Positions 35,144 through 46,949 of a stretch of DNA of 58,563 nt are shown in pieces. The DNA is from a virus. Lineage: Duplodnaviria; Caudoviricetes. The stretch is from the IMG/VR virus record IMGVR_UViG_3300020045_006445, positions 1-58,563 of that record. One strand, given 5' to 3'. The position numbers and the translations under genes are program-made. The number at the start of each line of letters is the position of its first letter. Position 1 is the first letter of the stretch. The notes under the pieces are model-generated. The model saw only the letters and a program-made list of their open reading frames with translations, was not told the DNA's origin and ran no database searches.

Positions 35144-37872
35144 TGAGCAACGCAATACAAACGGTCGCAGACAAACAGGCATTAGACGGTCTTGACGCGC
35201 TGATTTCAAAATTAGAGAAAGCCGATGCGCTATTGCTCAAATCTGCAAAGGACGCGCTTGAATACAGCAAAAGTATTGGCGGTGTAAAAACACCTGGCGG
35301 ACTTAGCACGGTCGTTGCCGAGAATACAAAATACACCGATGAACTGCAAAGACAGGCAAAGGTTATCGATATGCTTGAAAAATCCATTGTTGGATTAACG
35401 GCAGCTCGAAAAACAGCAGCGCAGTCTGGGTCTTTGGAAGCTGTTAACCAGCGGCAACTTAATACAAACGCAACGCAACAAGCAAAACTTGTAAGCAACC
35501 TGATTGGGGCTTATGACAAGTTAAGTTTGCAATTGCAGATTGCGTCTAAAGACGCGCTAAATTTGGGCGCAACTTATGGGCGAAACAGTATTGAGTTCAC
35601 TAATGCTGCGATAAAGGTCAATAAACTGGACGCAGAAATCAAGGCACTAGATGCGGATATTGGACGTAACCAGCGAAATGTGGGCAACTACAAATCGGGC
35701 TTTAACGGATTGGGCAACGCGTTGAATCAAATTACCCGAGAATTACCCGCTTTTACATTTTCTGCACAGACGGGATTTTTGGCATTATCCAACAACATCC
35801 CGATTTTGGTTGACCAAATACAAGGGCTTGTTGCGGTAAATAAGCAATTGGTAGCGGAGGGCAAACCAGTAACGAGTGTGTTTAAACAGATTGCTAGCCA
35901 ATTGTTCTCATTCAACACGGTGCTCGCGCTCGTAATTCTCGGAACTACACTATTTGGCGATAAAATATCCGAGGCGTTCAAGAATATCGGATCGGGTTCA
36001 AAGAACTTGGATGTAGCGACTGAATCTGCCAAAAGATTGCGCGACGCGTCAATTGAGGGAAGTAAAAACGCGGTAGCCGAGTTGGTAGGTTTGCAGAATA
36101 ATCTTGCAATTGCAAAGGATGTAAATTTATCATACAAAGAGCGATCAATAGCGGTCGAAAACCTGCAAAAACAATATCCGTTCTACTTCGAAAACCTGAC
36201 CAAAGAGCAGATACTTGCAGGGCAGACAGCGGCAGCCGAGCGCGAATTAACAGAGGCAATCATTGCGAGGGCAAAGGCAAACGCAGCCATTGGTAAGATC
36301 ACGGAAAACGAAAGCAAGATAATTGACATCGAGCAAAGGCAATTGGATATTGTAAAGGAACGTATTGCAGCCCAAAAGGATTTACAACGTGAACAGGCGG
36401 CATCAAATGGCCCGAGTTCTGGGCAAGTGGTTGCGGGTGTAAATCAGGGGCAGTTAAACGCGCGTGTTAGATTGTCAGCTTTGGATCGTGAGGAAAAGGC
36501 GAACCGAAAGGAGTTGAATGCGCTAAACGCGATCAACAACAAACTGACCGAGTACACATTAAAACAGCAAAAAGAGGCAATTGGACTTGACTACCAACAG
36601 GAAAAATCACGAAAAGCAGCGGCAAAAGCAGGGCGCGAAGATATTGAAGCAGCCAGCGCAAACCTAAAGGCATTCGATCCTAAAGGCATAATTGAAATTT
36701 ACGAGGAGCAAATCAGGGTTTTTCAAGAGTTGCAACTGAACCTATCCGACACGTCCGAAGATTACAAACGTTTTCAAATCGTTATTGACGGACTGCGCCA
36801 ATCGATTGACCTGATTAAAGACCCATCAAAAGTTCTGAAAGCGGGCACAGAGGAATTCAATAGGCAAGTGAACGGTGCGCGTAACTTGGCAAAGGCGATG
36901 GATGAACTTCGCGAAAAAACACAGGGATATTTGGACACATTTTCTCTTGGATTTTTAGAAGACAGTGGATTTGGTTCGCTTACTAAATTCTTCGACAAAA
37001 CATTTTCGCAAATGATTTACGGTGCTGAAAACACCAGAGAAAGATTCCAAATTGCATTTGCTGCAATATCAGAAACATTTCAAGAAACCTTTAATTTCCT
37101 ATCCAAACTTAGCCAAGAAAACTTCGAAGCAGAATATGCGCGTGTCGAAAAACAAAAAGACATCGCTATTGCTTTTGCTGGAGAAAGTGAGGCGGCAAAA
37201 GTTGAAGCGGCAGAACAAGCCGAAAAACAAAAAGCGAAGATCAAAAAGCGAGAAGCAGAAGCGGAAAAGAAATTGCGATTGTTCAACGCGGTTATTGACA
37301 CAGCGCAGGCGGTTGTTGCAGCATTGCCAAACATACCGTTATCAATATTGGTAGGGCTTATTGGGGCTGCGAAAATTGCGCTTATTTCATCACAGCAAAT
37401 ACCAGAGTTCTGGCAGGGGGGTATTCACGATGGCGGGTTGATGCGCGTAAATGATGACCCTTTCGGCAAAAAAGGCAACAATTACAAAGAGGTTGTGAAA
37501 ACGCCATCTGGATCGGTTATCAAACCACAGGGCAAAAACGTATTGATGTCTGCACCTGCGGGATCTGAAATTTTCCCAGACTATGCAAGTTTTGAAGCGC
37601 ACGAGAACCAATTGAACCGTTTGTTATTTGGCGCAGGTATTAGCCCGTCGAGTGGCGTGCGTTCTTTTGATGCTATGCAACGCGCACAGCCTACGCTTAC
37701 GCCAGGCCAATATTTTGCAGGCGTAGCCCGAACCGAAGCTGCAATACGAAATTTCAGCCCAATACACATTACAAAGGACAGGCGTGGTGAAATCATACAT
37801 CAGGGCAACCAACAGGCAAGACAGCAATCAATGAATAACAGGCTCAACATAATCGGAAAAACAAACCCATAG
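35143..37872 (+). CDS. Tail tape measure protein
   Basis: 909 aa Ala/Gln-rich helical protein with GRNQRNVGNY, QITRELPAF, GFLALSNNIP, IDTAQAV motifs. Confidence 0.85.
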   Translation: MSNAIQTVADKQALDGLDALISKLEKADALLLKSAKDALEYSKSIGGVKTPGGLSTVVAENTKYTDELQRQAKVIDMLEKSIVGLTAARKTAAQSGSLEAVNQRQLNTNATQQAKLVSNLIGAYDKLSLQLQIASKDALNLGATYGRNSIEFTNAAIKVNKLDAEIKALDADIGRNQRNVGNYKSGFNGLGNALNQITRELPAFTFSAQTGFLALSNNIPILVDQIQGLVAVNKQLVAEGKPVTSVFKQIASQLFSFNTVLALVILGTTLFGDKISEAFKNIGSGSKNLDVATESAKRLRDASIEGSKNAVAELVGLQNNLAIAKDVNLSYKERSIAVENLQKQYPFYFENLTKEQILAGQTAAAERELTEAIIARAKANAAIGKITENESKIIDIEQRQLDIVKERIAAQKDLQREQAASNGPSSGQVVAGVNQGQLNARVRLSALDREEKANRKELNALNAINNKLTEYTLKQQKEAIGLDYQQEKSRKAAAKAGREDIEAASANLKAFDPKGIIEIYEEQIRVFQELQLNLSDTSEDYKRFQIVIDGLRQSIDLIKDPSKVLKAGTEEFNRQVNGARNLAKAMDELREKTQGYLDTFSLGFLEDSGFGSLTKFFDKTFSQMIYGAENTRERFQIAFAAISETFQETFNFLSKLSQENFEAEYARVEKQKDIAIAFAGESEAAKVEAAEQAEKQKAKIKKREAEAEKKLRLFNAVIDTAQAVVAALPNIPLSILVGLIGAAKIALISSQQIPEFWQGGIHDGGLMRVNDDPFGKKGNNYKEVVKTPSGSVIKPQGKNVLMSAPAGSEIFPDYASFEAHENQLNRLLFGAGISPSSGVRSFDAMQRAQPTLTPGQYFAGVARTEAAIRNFSPIHITKDRRGEIIHQGNQQARQQSMNNRLNIIGKTNP

Positions 37873-37873
37873 A

Positions 37874-40566
37874 TGGCAAATATCAGGTTTTATTTGGAAT
37901 TCAACTATCCCAATGGATCAATAGTACGAGAATACATTACAGAGCCGCCCGGGTATGACGCTTTTGCATACCGCGTCAAGCAGGGGAGTTTTAGGTTTGG
38001 CAGGGACAAGACCATAGGCGGTGAAGAAATCGGCATCACGTTGTGGGACATTGTTGGAGAAGAAAGCACAACACCGTACATCACAACAGCAGGCAAGATG
38101 GTCTATTTCAGGACGCACGCGCTTGACAAGGTCATAGAGTTAAGCAGGGCATCGGCACAAGGCTTTGAGGCTGTAATATTCTTTGGCGTGACGGACGGAA
38201 ATACTGATTTTATCAATGGGCAGTTGGATATACCAAAAAGCAAGACGGACGAATTGACCTATTTTAGTTGCAACGTGATACAGGACACCAAATTGCAGCA
38301 GATTGAAAGAAAAAAGAACGTAAGCGTTAATGTTTTCTCGACAGAGGATCTTTACGGAAACCCCGTTGCACCATTGCAGACCGTGCGTATGCTTCAAAAG
38401 GCAAAGCCAACTGTACAGAAGTCAAGGTTAAGCAGCCCAAACAGGGCAACGGTTAATTTTGTAAGCTATGGCGGTGATGCCTACCTTATGAATTCGGCAA
38501 TACAGATCGATGAATCTGACGTTGAGGACACGATAAACCCAAACAGCGTAGCGGAGTTAGTCGTTCCTGTAAGTGACGACAATATTGTGATTGATGCCAT
38601 TGGAAGAAAGAAACTTCTTGTTGCAAGGGAGGATTTAACAAACGTTGTGATTGATCTTACGAATGTAACAATATTGGTGGTTGATAACACAGGCATCGGT
38701 ACAAACAAGAGCTTTGAGATATCGGTCGGCACAGACCCCATAAATGACCGCGTAATATATCCAATAATCCCCAACACGGCAGGCAGTATAATTGTAAATG
38801 CGGCAAGCTATCAAATAAACCTGCCGTTCGTGGGAAGGGGACAGACTGTTTGGCTTTATTTGCAGGTGACATCACAGACACCAACGGTGCAGGGATCGCC
38901 AGTAGGCACAACAACCTTGCAGATGGAAGGTATGGATGTTAACGTGACCGCCACATCGAATGCGGTTGACCGTGTGATAAACGTGGTTCGCTATCCAGAT
39001 TTTCTAAAGGCGGGTATATTGCGATTGTCAGGGCTTAATTTCTCCTGCCCCGATTTGGAAGTTGGCGGTAAGTTTGAGAACCTATACGTCTGGAACGGAT
39101 ATATGCAAAGGAATATACCCAACAAACCATTTAATTTTGTGTTTGAAGATCAGTTTGGACAGGATATGCGCTGGCTTGGAAATTCAGACTATGAGATAAC
39201 ACAAAACGGTGTAGATCATGGTGACTATGATTTCTTTTACCCCAACGTGGATTTGGGCAGTTTCTTTGAAGCCCCCGATTCTGATTTTGAACGGACGGTA
39301 AACGAGCGTTTCCAGATACAGACCTACGATGTAAAATTTGCGAATTATGACAAGGACGACAGGTCAAAAAACACAGTTGATTCATTCCAGACTGAGGCGC
39401 AACGGACGTTCCCCAATGGCGCAGTTGAAAATAACATAAGTCTTACGATCAAGAACGTTTGGGATGCGTTTGAGCAGGAGAAGAACGCCATACAGGGGTT
39501 AAGGCAGACCACCGCCCTTGAAAGCGACGACAAGGTTTCGATTGTCGATGTTGTTGCGTTAAGCAATTCCGCACAGGGAACGATAAGGGGCTTCCTTACC
39601 GTTGCGGTAATAAATGGACAGGTTTTGATCTACAATAAGGCAATTGGGGGCGATTCAAACCAAGCGGGTGCGTCAGCATCATTCTTTTGGACGCAGACAG
39701 GCATTTCCGTAACAGATCAGATTTCGTTTACGGCAGGTGGTGGTATGGTAATGACGGCAACAGTTGACAGCATTGAGGATAATTTGATAAGATTGAACCC
39801 AATTAATTTTGTGCCTGCAACGTCTGGCATATCGTACATTATAATGACCTATTATTATACCAATGTGGGTATTGTGAACAGGACGAATCAAGGATTCAAC
39901 AGCATACTGAACTTGCAGAGCGGTGACAACTGCTCAAACCTTAAATACACCATTGCACGGAACGACGAATACTGGTACAATTATTTTGCAACGATTGTCA
40001 GTGCATCAGCACCAACTGATTTGATACGCACAACCAAGTTTGTCAATAATGACCAATTGACCACGCAGTTTATGGGCGGTCGAGTGCTTAGGGAAGGTGA
40101 GGACATACCCGTTTCAAGGCTGGATCAGAAGATATTAACCATTGATGTTTACAATACGCGTGTTTCGTGTTCGTTTGGCGCGGCAACGGCTTTGTTCAAT
40201 ACGGTATTGCGCGGATTTATAAGGCTTTACAATAAGCGTGGCGAGATCAAGAAAGTGCATTTGGCAGACTGCGCAATGCTTTGGCGCGACGAGATACTTG
40301 AAATAAACAAAGGCGAGGTTCGATTTGACCCCGACCAATTCACCATAAACAGTGTATCGGGCGGAGGCATTACCTTTAACGGAACGCCTTATACTGGTTT
40401 TGACTTTTGGGAGATAAACAATGGTTATTTCCGTGCTTTTGATTCAAACAGGGTTCTGTTAAATAATCCCGTGTATTACGGTGACATACTTATCGATGGT
40501 GTTCCCTATCCGATTGAAAACGATTTCCGCAACGCCCTGCTTGCAATACTGCCGATTAATCCGTAA
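37874..40566 (+). CDS. Putative tail tip/baseplate protein
   Basis: 897 aa beta-rich protein after the tape measure. Confidence 0.6.
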
Positions 40567-40595
40567 TATTGTAGGGCATAGTTGATATTAGGGGT

Positions 40596-40622
40596 AAGCC
40601 GCTCGACACGTTTGGGCGGCTT
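40596..40622 (+). terminator. Intrinsic terminator
   Basis: AAGCCGCTC...GGGCGGCTT followed by TATTT. Confidence 0.65.
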
Positions 40623-40660
40623 ATTTAGTTTGTTTCTTAATTGGGATTGGTGTAGGTTTG
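40623..40660 (+). promoter_or_regulatory. Moron promoter with Fur-like box
   Basis: ATTTAGTTTGTTTCTTAAT 40623-40641, 11-bp gap, TAGGTTTG 40653-40660. Confidence 0.6.
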
Positions 40661-40680
40661 TGGAATAAACTATGTGATTT

Positions 40681-41454
40681 ATGAAAAAAGTAGAAGCATT
40701 ATTTAGCCTTTACAAAGGGTTGAGCGAAAAAGAGCAGGCGCAATTTAATATGGCGGTTGATACCGATAAAGCCGTAAACTCGGCATTTATTGGCAATATC
40801 ATAGATAAGAACGCAATTAACGAACTAGATTTAATTGTTGAAAAACTTAGCAAAATTGACGAAATGACAACGCGTCAAAAAAAGAACTGGGAAATATTCA
40901 ACAAAACAATTGATGTTGCCAGTGAAATTATGAGTAAAATGTCAGAGGTTTCAGAACAAGAGGCCAACGATAGTTTAAGTGATTTTGAAAAAATAAAAAA
41001 AGAAACGTTGATTGTCGAAGCAAAAGACAAAAAGCTTTACGAGGCGATATTTGATAAGGGATTACGCTCGTTCGATCAGGTAATTAACTTATATGATTTA
41101 ACCGACAACGATCCTTTGTACAGTTTTGCCGACGGTGATTTGTACGTAACATTTACACATCAAGACGGTTACAGGCACGTTAAACTATACGACGGCAAAG
41201 AATGGGCAAAGCCGATTGTTGAAGAAAATTTTGCCGCGAAAGCATTTGCGAAATTTGAACATCAAACAAAGTCGGCAAGATCGATAATTGACGAATTAAA
41301 GTTATCTGGTTTAACAGCCAAAAAAATCCTACCTGTATATGTTAACCTACCAAACGGCAAAAGTTTACGTGTTGAGTTGCCCGTTGGCGCAACAATAAAA
41401 ATGATAAATGAATCGTCATTTATTATCGATGTTCCAAACAAACCACTACCTTAG
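40681..41454 (+). CDS. Moron-encoded hypothetical protein
   Basis: AT-richer gene with its own promoter and terminator inside the tail module. Confidence 0.7.
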   Translation: MKKVEALFSLYKGLSEKEQAQFNMAVDTDKAVNSAFIGNIIDKNAINELDLIVEKLSKIDEMTTRQKKNWEIFNKTIDVASEIMSKMSEVSEQEANDSLSDFEKIKKETLIVEAKDKKLYEAIFDKGLRSFDQVINLYDLTDNDPLYSFADGDLYVTFTHQDGYRHVKLYDGKEWAKPIVEENFAAKAFAKFEHQTKSARSIIDELKLSGLTAKKILPVYVNLPNGKSLRVELPVGATIKMINESSFIIDVPNKPLP

Positions 41455-41487
41455 CACTTTCATATCCATAATAATTGATTAGATTGT

Positions 41488-41524
41488 AAAAATCCGTTTT
41501 CGTGGTTGTTAACGGATTTTTTTA
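41488..41524 (+). terminator. Intrinsic terminator
   Basis: AAAAATCCGTT...AACGGATTTTTTT. Confidence 0.75.
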
Positions 41525-41537
41525 TTATCTTCGCATC

Positions 41538-42773
41538 ATGCCACAAAACATAGTCGATAACGGATTTATCTTCTTCAAGCGCACATTATCCGATGTGTAC
41601 GCGGCAATGGGTGAACCGCAGGGGAGCAATATTAAGGACTACGGATTTGTGTGTCCTGCACCTATGGACGAGATACGGCAGATTTCCAACTACGGAAACC
41701 CAAGCGACCCGACCGATACGGGATTGAACTTTGCACAGGATTACACAGCCGCACTGGTTGACTGCTGCGATAATTTCCTGCTTGACATTACACCAAACTT
41801 TACTATCTACCAGTTTAACCAATCGGAAACAGGTTATTTCAATATGTACTGGCAACTCAAGAACGTGGGACGGTCGTTCCACAAGCCAGTACACATCCGC
41901 ATAACGCAGACAACACAGCCTGCAAACGTTGCTTACAGCAGTCCGTTCGTAATCAAGGACGATCCAGACAACACAACGATGGCTGACTATTGGGATTATT
42001 CGCTGTATGACGGGTTTGATTACGGTGTTGTGAACGGGGCTCGTTCCCGAATGCGAATCAGGGGCAGATACACCAAGCCAACGCCAGCAAGTGAAAACCA
42101 GACCTACACGCAGGTAAGCCGAAACTCCCCCAATGGCGTTGTCGTCCATAATCGCGGTACAAAGGTGATGAACTATAATTGGGTAGTTGAGTATGGCACG
42201 AATTTCGGACTGGAAGCGTTCGAGAGTATGCGCGGTTCAGCGGTTGTGTATTTAAACGGCATAAGGGCAACCAATATCGTGCAATCCACAGAGGATGTAC
42301 TTGGCACTAGCAATTTTCACAAGGCGTCCTGGGGGGTAAACCTTGACCGAACGGAAACCTACGCCAATACAGGGGCAATCGGAACACCTTTCGCTTTGGT
42401 GCTGTCCGCTGTTGTGCCGTTTGGTTCGGTTACGCTTGCGACACTGGCAACCACAACAATGAAAGGGTATTTCACAAAGGACATTTCAATAGGCACAGGC
42501 AGGCTGGTTGTGATCGACAAGGCGACCAATGTGAACGTACTTACATACACCGCTGCCGATATTACCCTGCTTGGAACGAACGGCTTTGAGATTGCAAGTT
42601 TTGCGGGGGCGATTACAAATCCATCGGATTATTATATTATATTTGATCCGACGTTGTTTCCATCGCTTATTGGGGAAGTTTACAACGTGGCTGTTGATGA
42701 GTGGCATTTCACATCGTTGACGCAGGGGCAATATAAGGACACACAATACAACAACAATCAATACATCGTATAA
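41538..42773 (+). CDS. Tail structural protein with C-terminal Ig-like (Big_5/SbsA-like) domain
   Basis: Likely start ATG 41538; F-KDISIGTG-LVV...YYIIFD...W-FT. Confidence 0.6.
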   Translation: MPQNIVDNGFIFFKRTLSDVYAAMGEPQGSNIKDYGFVCPAPMDEIRQISNYGNPSDPTDTGLNFAQDYTAALVDCCDNFLLDITPNFTIYQFNQSETGYFNMYWQLKNVGRSFHKPVHIRITQTTQPANVAYSSPFVIKDDPDNTTMADYWDYSLYDGFDYGVVNGARSRMRIRGRYTKPTPASENQTYTQVSRNSPNGVVVHNRGTKVMNYNWVVEYGTNFGLEAFESMRGSAVVYLNGIRATNIVQSTEDVLGTSNFHKASWGVNLDRTETYANTGAIGTPFALVLSAVVPFGSVTLATLATTTMKGYFTKDISIGTGRLVVIDKATNVNVLTYTAADITLLGTNGFEIASFAGAITNPSDYYIIFDPTLFPSLIGEVYNVAVDEWHFTSLTQGQYKDTQYNNNQYIV

Positions 42774-43261
42774 TGGGACTTTGGAGCGTAATAAACGGAT
42801 ATATCAACACCAAGATAAGAAACAATGTGGGGCTTATCGACCGAGATACAGACCACGCGGCAACCACGCAGGAGATATTCGACAACGGATACGGCTTCGC
42901 GATTGAATCTGACAGCCTTGAGATTCTTACGACGCAATCAAACGCGGCAATAGTGTACACCGCTGAACTTACCAAGTCAAACGGCATCGTAACCATTACG
43001 GGAACGGTCAGCAATACAGGCACGGTAAACGTATTCACAAACATTCAGGTGTTTTCGTGGAAGCCTACCGTTTCAGGCGCAGCAAACCAATGGATTCCGC
43101 TTCTTGGTTCAGCACCGACAATGCACGCCCGAGACATTACAAACGACCAATCCCAAATGACACAATTCCGCATTAACAATGTTGGGTTTTATGCGTTCAC
43201 GGGATTGGCAGCAGGCAAGACATACAGATTTTCACTAACCTACGCAGCAAATAAATCATAA
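42773..43261 (+). CDS. Putative tail protein
   Basis: Coupled beta-rich ORF in tail module. Confidence 0.55.
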   Translation: MGLWSVINGYINTKIRNNVGLIDRDTDHAATTQEIFDNGYGFAIESDSLEILTTQSNAAIVYTAELTKSNGIVTITGTVSNTGTVNVFTNIQVFSWKPTVSGAANQWIPLLGSAPTMHARDITNDQSQMTQFRINNVGFYAFTGLAAGKTYRFSLTYAANKS

Positions 43262-44322
43262 TGGACGGATATGTAATACCATCGCCAAGCAGCAAGTACA
43301 ATGCAAACCTATTGCCTTACGAATCCACGTTTCAAAACCCGTTACAGGTAAATACCCTTTCGGGTACAGGTGTTGTAAGCCTTGACCCTGACTATACGAG
43401 TTTTGGCACACTTGCCTTACACACGCGCGTAACATCAACAACGCCTATGGTTTTTAACTTCGGCAATTCGTTGAAGTTCACCGCCCCGTACACAGGCAAG
43501 TACAACCTAAGTTTCGACCTGCTGCATATGCTGTCAACATACGCGGCACACCAATTCAAGATAAACATAGAAAAAAACGCTTCTTTCAGCGGACTGCCAG
43601 AGGACTTAATTACATTCACGCTCCCAACGGATGCAAACCCGCAGTCAGGGATAGGGCAACTGAACCCAGAGCAGTTTTATCTGTTTGCAGGGGAATTCTC
43701 GGCAGAGGCAGGCGATGTAATTGACTTTCAATTCACGCAGGCAAATGCGGCATCAGGTGCAGTTGATTATTTCATCAGCCAGTTAAAAGTTTCATTCAAC
43801 AACTCAAACAGCGCGCCAGGTTATTACACGCCTCCCGCAAACTATCCGCAGGCAAGTGCGTATTACGAGTATGGGAACACCCCATTGAACAACACAACGG
43901 TTACAACATCATTCACCACATTGCTTAACGACGGTGGGAATATACAGAACGGGATTTTCTTCCCGTATATGCCGTATTTGTTAAACGTGTCAACAAGCAA
44001 ATTGGATTTGACCAAGCTCGAAGTTGGCGACTGCATAGAGGCATCGTTTGTATTGGACATTACAACAACTTTGGTTAACCAGACTGTTGACATTGACATT
44101 GTATTTGGTCAGGGCGGTGTTGGATCATTCCGTCGCCCCTTGATGCCTCAAATGTTTTTTGCTGCAATCGGGGTTCATTCGGTCAATATATCTGCCTTGA
44201 TTCCAATAGTTGACGCTGTTACAAGAAACAATCCAATGGCTTTTGAGATCAAATCGTCCGCTTCGGCTACTGTATTCTCAAATGTGTGGAGTTTCTTGGT
44301 CACTAAAATGATACCGAAGTAA
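43261..44322 (+). CDS. Putative tail/receptor-binding protein (jelly-roll-like)
   Basis: NLLPY-STF start, beta-rich, tail module. Confidence 0.55.
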   Translation: MDGYVIPSPSSKYNANLLPYESTFQNPLQVNTLSGTGVVSLDPDYTSFGTLALHTRVTSTTPMVFNFGNSLKFTAPYTGKYNLSFDLLHMLSTYAAHQFKINIEKNASFSGLPEDLITFTLPTDANPQSGIGQLNPEQFYLFAGEFSAEAGDVIDFQFTQANAASGAVDYFISQLKVSFNNSNSAPGYYTPPANYPQASAYYEYGNTPLNNTTVTTSFTTLLNDGGNIQNGIFFPYMPYLLNVSTSKLDLTKLEVGDCIEASFVLDITTTLVNQTVDIDIVFGQGGVGSFRRPLMPQMFFAAIGVHSVNISALIPIVDAVTRNNPMAFEIKSSASATVFSNVWSFLVTKMIPK

Positions 44323-46103
44323 TGGCAAAGACACTACGAATAGTAAAGAACGCAGGGCAGGAGGGCAATTGGTCGCACCTGCTTTTGCCAAACTTGGGCG
44401 AATATGAGATCAGCGCGTTCTACCTTGATATTGACAATGGTATGTTTCAGATCAAGGAGTTCAACGGGGGTTCGCGTGAAAAGCACGTTTGGAGCGACAT
44501 TGAACTTTTGGACAATTCAATGGGTGCGGGTGTGGTTTACAACCCGTCGAGTATCCCTGATTTGGTTAATTGGCTTGTTGTGCATAAATACACGCCATAC
44601 TTCTACGTATTCGGCAGTGGAGGTACAACAGTTATACAAGCAGGCACAGGCATAAGCGTAACGGGAACGGGAACAATTGCAGACCCGTTCATTATTACCA
44701 ATACTGGAGGCTCTGGAGGCGGCTACACCTCTTTGCAGCAAATGTATGATGCTGACCCTGCAAATACGCAGTTAACGGATGGGGTTAATACGCTTATTGT
44801 TGATCCTGCGAATGTTTATGTAAGTTCGGATTTGGTTACAGGCGGAATAGAACCAGTTGTGGGTATTTCGGATGTTAGCGGTGCAGAGGCTCTAAACGAA
44901 CTAACCCCAGTAGGCGGAGATGTTGTTGGTCAAAATAGGGTCAAAGACAGTGCGGGTCACTCTTTCATTTCTCGTGGCGACGGCAGCACCCGAATGAAAT
45001 CCAACGATTTTGAAGTAGAGACCAGAGCAGACAGCCTTACCGAAGACAGGACGCACCAAAAGCCAAACGGTGATGGAACTTACGGCTTATCGGTAACAGT
45101 TGATGGTGTTGACTACCCATTTGGAACGGATGGTAAAACCGCAGATATTCCATCTGGCGGTGGGGGCGGTGTGTCAAACCCATTAACCGACAATTTAGAC
45201 GGTGGTGGTTTTAGAATCAGCAACCTTGACCGATTAACAACAGCTAATCTTTACATTGGTGCAGATCAGCAAACAGGGGTTAATAGCGGAGATGATGCGC
45301 CAAATAGCACGTCGGATTCTTATGCGGATAGTAAAATCGCTTCTGCAATTACAAACGGAGATACCACCCACGCGCCAAACGGTGACGTTGTTTTTGATGC
45401 ATTGGCGACAAAGCAAAATACGCTTACAAATTCAGCGGGATTGGCTGCGGCATTGAGTGACGAAACGGGAACGGGATTGGCTGTTTTCAACAATTCGCCA
45501 ACACTAATAACCCCAAACCTCGGTACGCCAAGCGCAGTAGTATTGACCAATGGAACAGGCTTGCCGCAATCAGGAGTTACAAACCTAACAACGGATTTGG
45601 CACTCAAGCAAGCCATATCCGATATGGTCAACTACGAGCGCACAATAAACAAATCAACGTCACCGTCAACTGTTGTTACGTCAACGATAACCGAAACGAT
45701 AACGCTCTCGGTACTCATCCCTGCAGGCACTTATGCGGTTAATGATTTTATGAATATTTCTGCACCTTTGACCAAGACAGGTATAGCGGGAACGTGCTTG
45801 GCGAAAATGTATGTAAACACAATAAATAGTCTTGTTGCGGCAAGTCAAATTGGACAGATTAACTTAACAGGTTCGAACATTTCTGCGGGTTTTGCTAGGT
45901 CGTGCGCGTTCCAAAGTGGCAATATATTGGACGTTTACCCACCAACGCAAAACGCAGCTTTTGACGAAGCAGGGGCAAGCGCACTCGCTCGTGTACCCGT
46001 GTCATTGAATCCTGCAAACGATTTTTATGTAATTGTAACGCTAACCAATACATCCGCAGCGGACAGTTCAAAAACAGCTAACCATAAAATAACTAAACTA
46101 TGA
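44322..46103 (+). CDS. Tail fibre protein
   Basis: Gly/Thr-rich; IQAGTGISVTGTGT-ADPFII and SDETGTGLAVFNNSPTLITPNLGTPS fibre motifs. Confidence 0.7.
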   Translation: MAKTLRIVKNAGQEGNWSHLLLPNLGEYEISAFYLDIDNGMFQIKEFNGGSREKHVWSDIELLDNSMGAGVVYNPSSIPDLVNWLVVHKYTPYFYVFGSGGTTVIQAGTGISVTGTGTIADPFIITNTGGSGGGYTSLQQMYDADPANTQLTDGVNTLIVDPANVYVSSDLVTGGIEPVVGISDVSGAEALNELTPVGGDVVGQNRVKDSAGHSFISRGDGSTRMKSNDFEVETRADSLTEDRTHQKPNGDGTYGLSVTVDGVDYPFGTDGKTADIPSGGGGGVSNPLTDNLDGGGFRISNLDRLTTANLYIGADQQTGVNSGDDAPNSTSDSYADSKIASAITNGDTTHAPNGDVVFDALATKQNTLTNSAGLAAALSDETGTGLAVFNNSPTLITPNLGTPSAVVLTNGTGLPQSGVTNLTTDLALKQAISDMVNYERTINKSTSPSTVVTSTITETITLSVLIPAGTYAVNDFMNISAPLTKTGIAGTCLAKMYVNTINSLVAASQIGQINLTGSNISAGFARSCAFQSGNILDVYPPTQNAAFDEAGASALARVPVSLNPANDFYVIVTLTNTSAADSSKTANHKITKL

Positions 46104-46621
46104 TGAGAAAACTACTTTACTTTTTATTTATTGCAACATCGGCAGCACAGGGGCAGGAATTGTTTTCGCCTGGTGACGGTTCGATTTGGATGAAAGCAGG
46201 ATCAGGGCTTTCAATGTCAAAAACCGATGTCGGAGGCGGCTCGTATGAATACACAATAACAAACAGCAGCCCGAACCAAAACCAAACCTTATCCAATGTG
46301 GGTAATACCTACACTTTGTCGGGCGGTGGTGGTTCATTTACTTTGCCCAATGGATCAACTTTCCTGACAAACACAACCGTATCACAAACCGCAGTCATTG
46401 CCTTATTGGGTGGTGTTCGCAAGGTTACAATTACGGGTGTAACAGGGGTGCTTGCAGGGGATCGCGTATTGCTTACGCCAACAGGAACGACACCCGCAGG
46501 ATATGCGCTTGCCGATGTGATCGCAACAGCCAACAATACATTGGAAGTGAATTTTACCGCCCCTGCATTGGATTTGGGGCAGTCATTCAGTATTCCGTGT
46601 AAGGTTACGGTTTTCAGATAA
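46100..46621 (+). CDS. Tail-fibre-associated protein with signal-like N-terminus
   Basis: Hydrophobic N-terminus, QTLS-VGNTYTLSGGGGSFTLP motif. Confidence 0.55.
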   Translation: MMRKLLYFLFIATSAAQGQELFSPGDGSIWMKAGSGLSMSKTDVGGGSYEYTITNSSPNQNQTLSNVGNTYTLSGGGGSFTLPNGSTFLTNTTVSQTAVIALLGGVRKVTITGVTGVLAGDRVLLTPTGTTPAGYALADVIATANNTLEVNFTAPALDLGQSFSIPCKVTVFR

Positions 46622-46688
46622 TACCACATTAAATTAACCGCCCGTAATTTGTCGCCAGCAAAGTAAGGGTATAAAACTTATTGTGAGT

Positions 46689-46949
46689 ATGAGGAAAGCA
46701 AAGCGTTATTTGGTATTTGCGTCATTATTGGCAATTTTAGGAATTGTTACGTGCGCTGGGGGTGCTTGGATGTATTCAAATCCAAAGCCGATAAACCCAG
46801 TTTCAGCACCAGAACTTAAGGTTCACGACAGATTAAATGACATTACATTTAAGAAACGATGGAATGACGGTGAAATATTTATCCAACACCCTGATGGCAC
46901 TTGGCAAAGGGGTACATTTATAAACTATAAAAAGAAACAAGATGATTAA
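46689..46949 (+). CDS. Small membrane-anchored protein
   Basis: N-terminal TM helix. Confidence 0.5.
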   Translation: MRKAKRYLVFASLLAILGIVTCAGGAWMYSNPKPINPVSAPELKVHDRLNDITFKKRWNDGEIFIQHPDGTWQRGTFINYKKKQDD

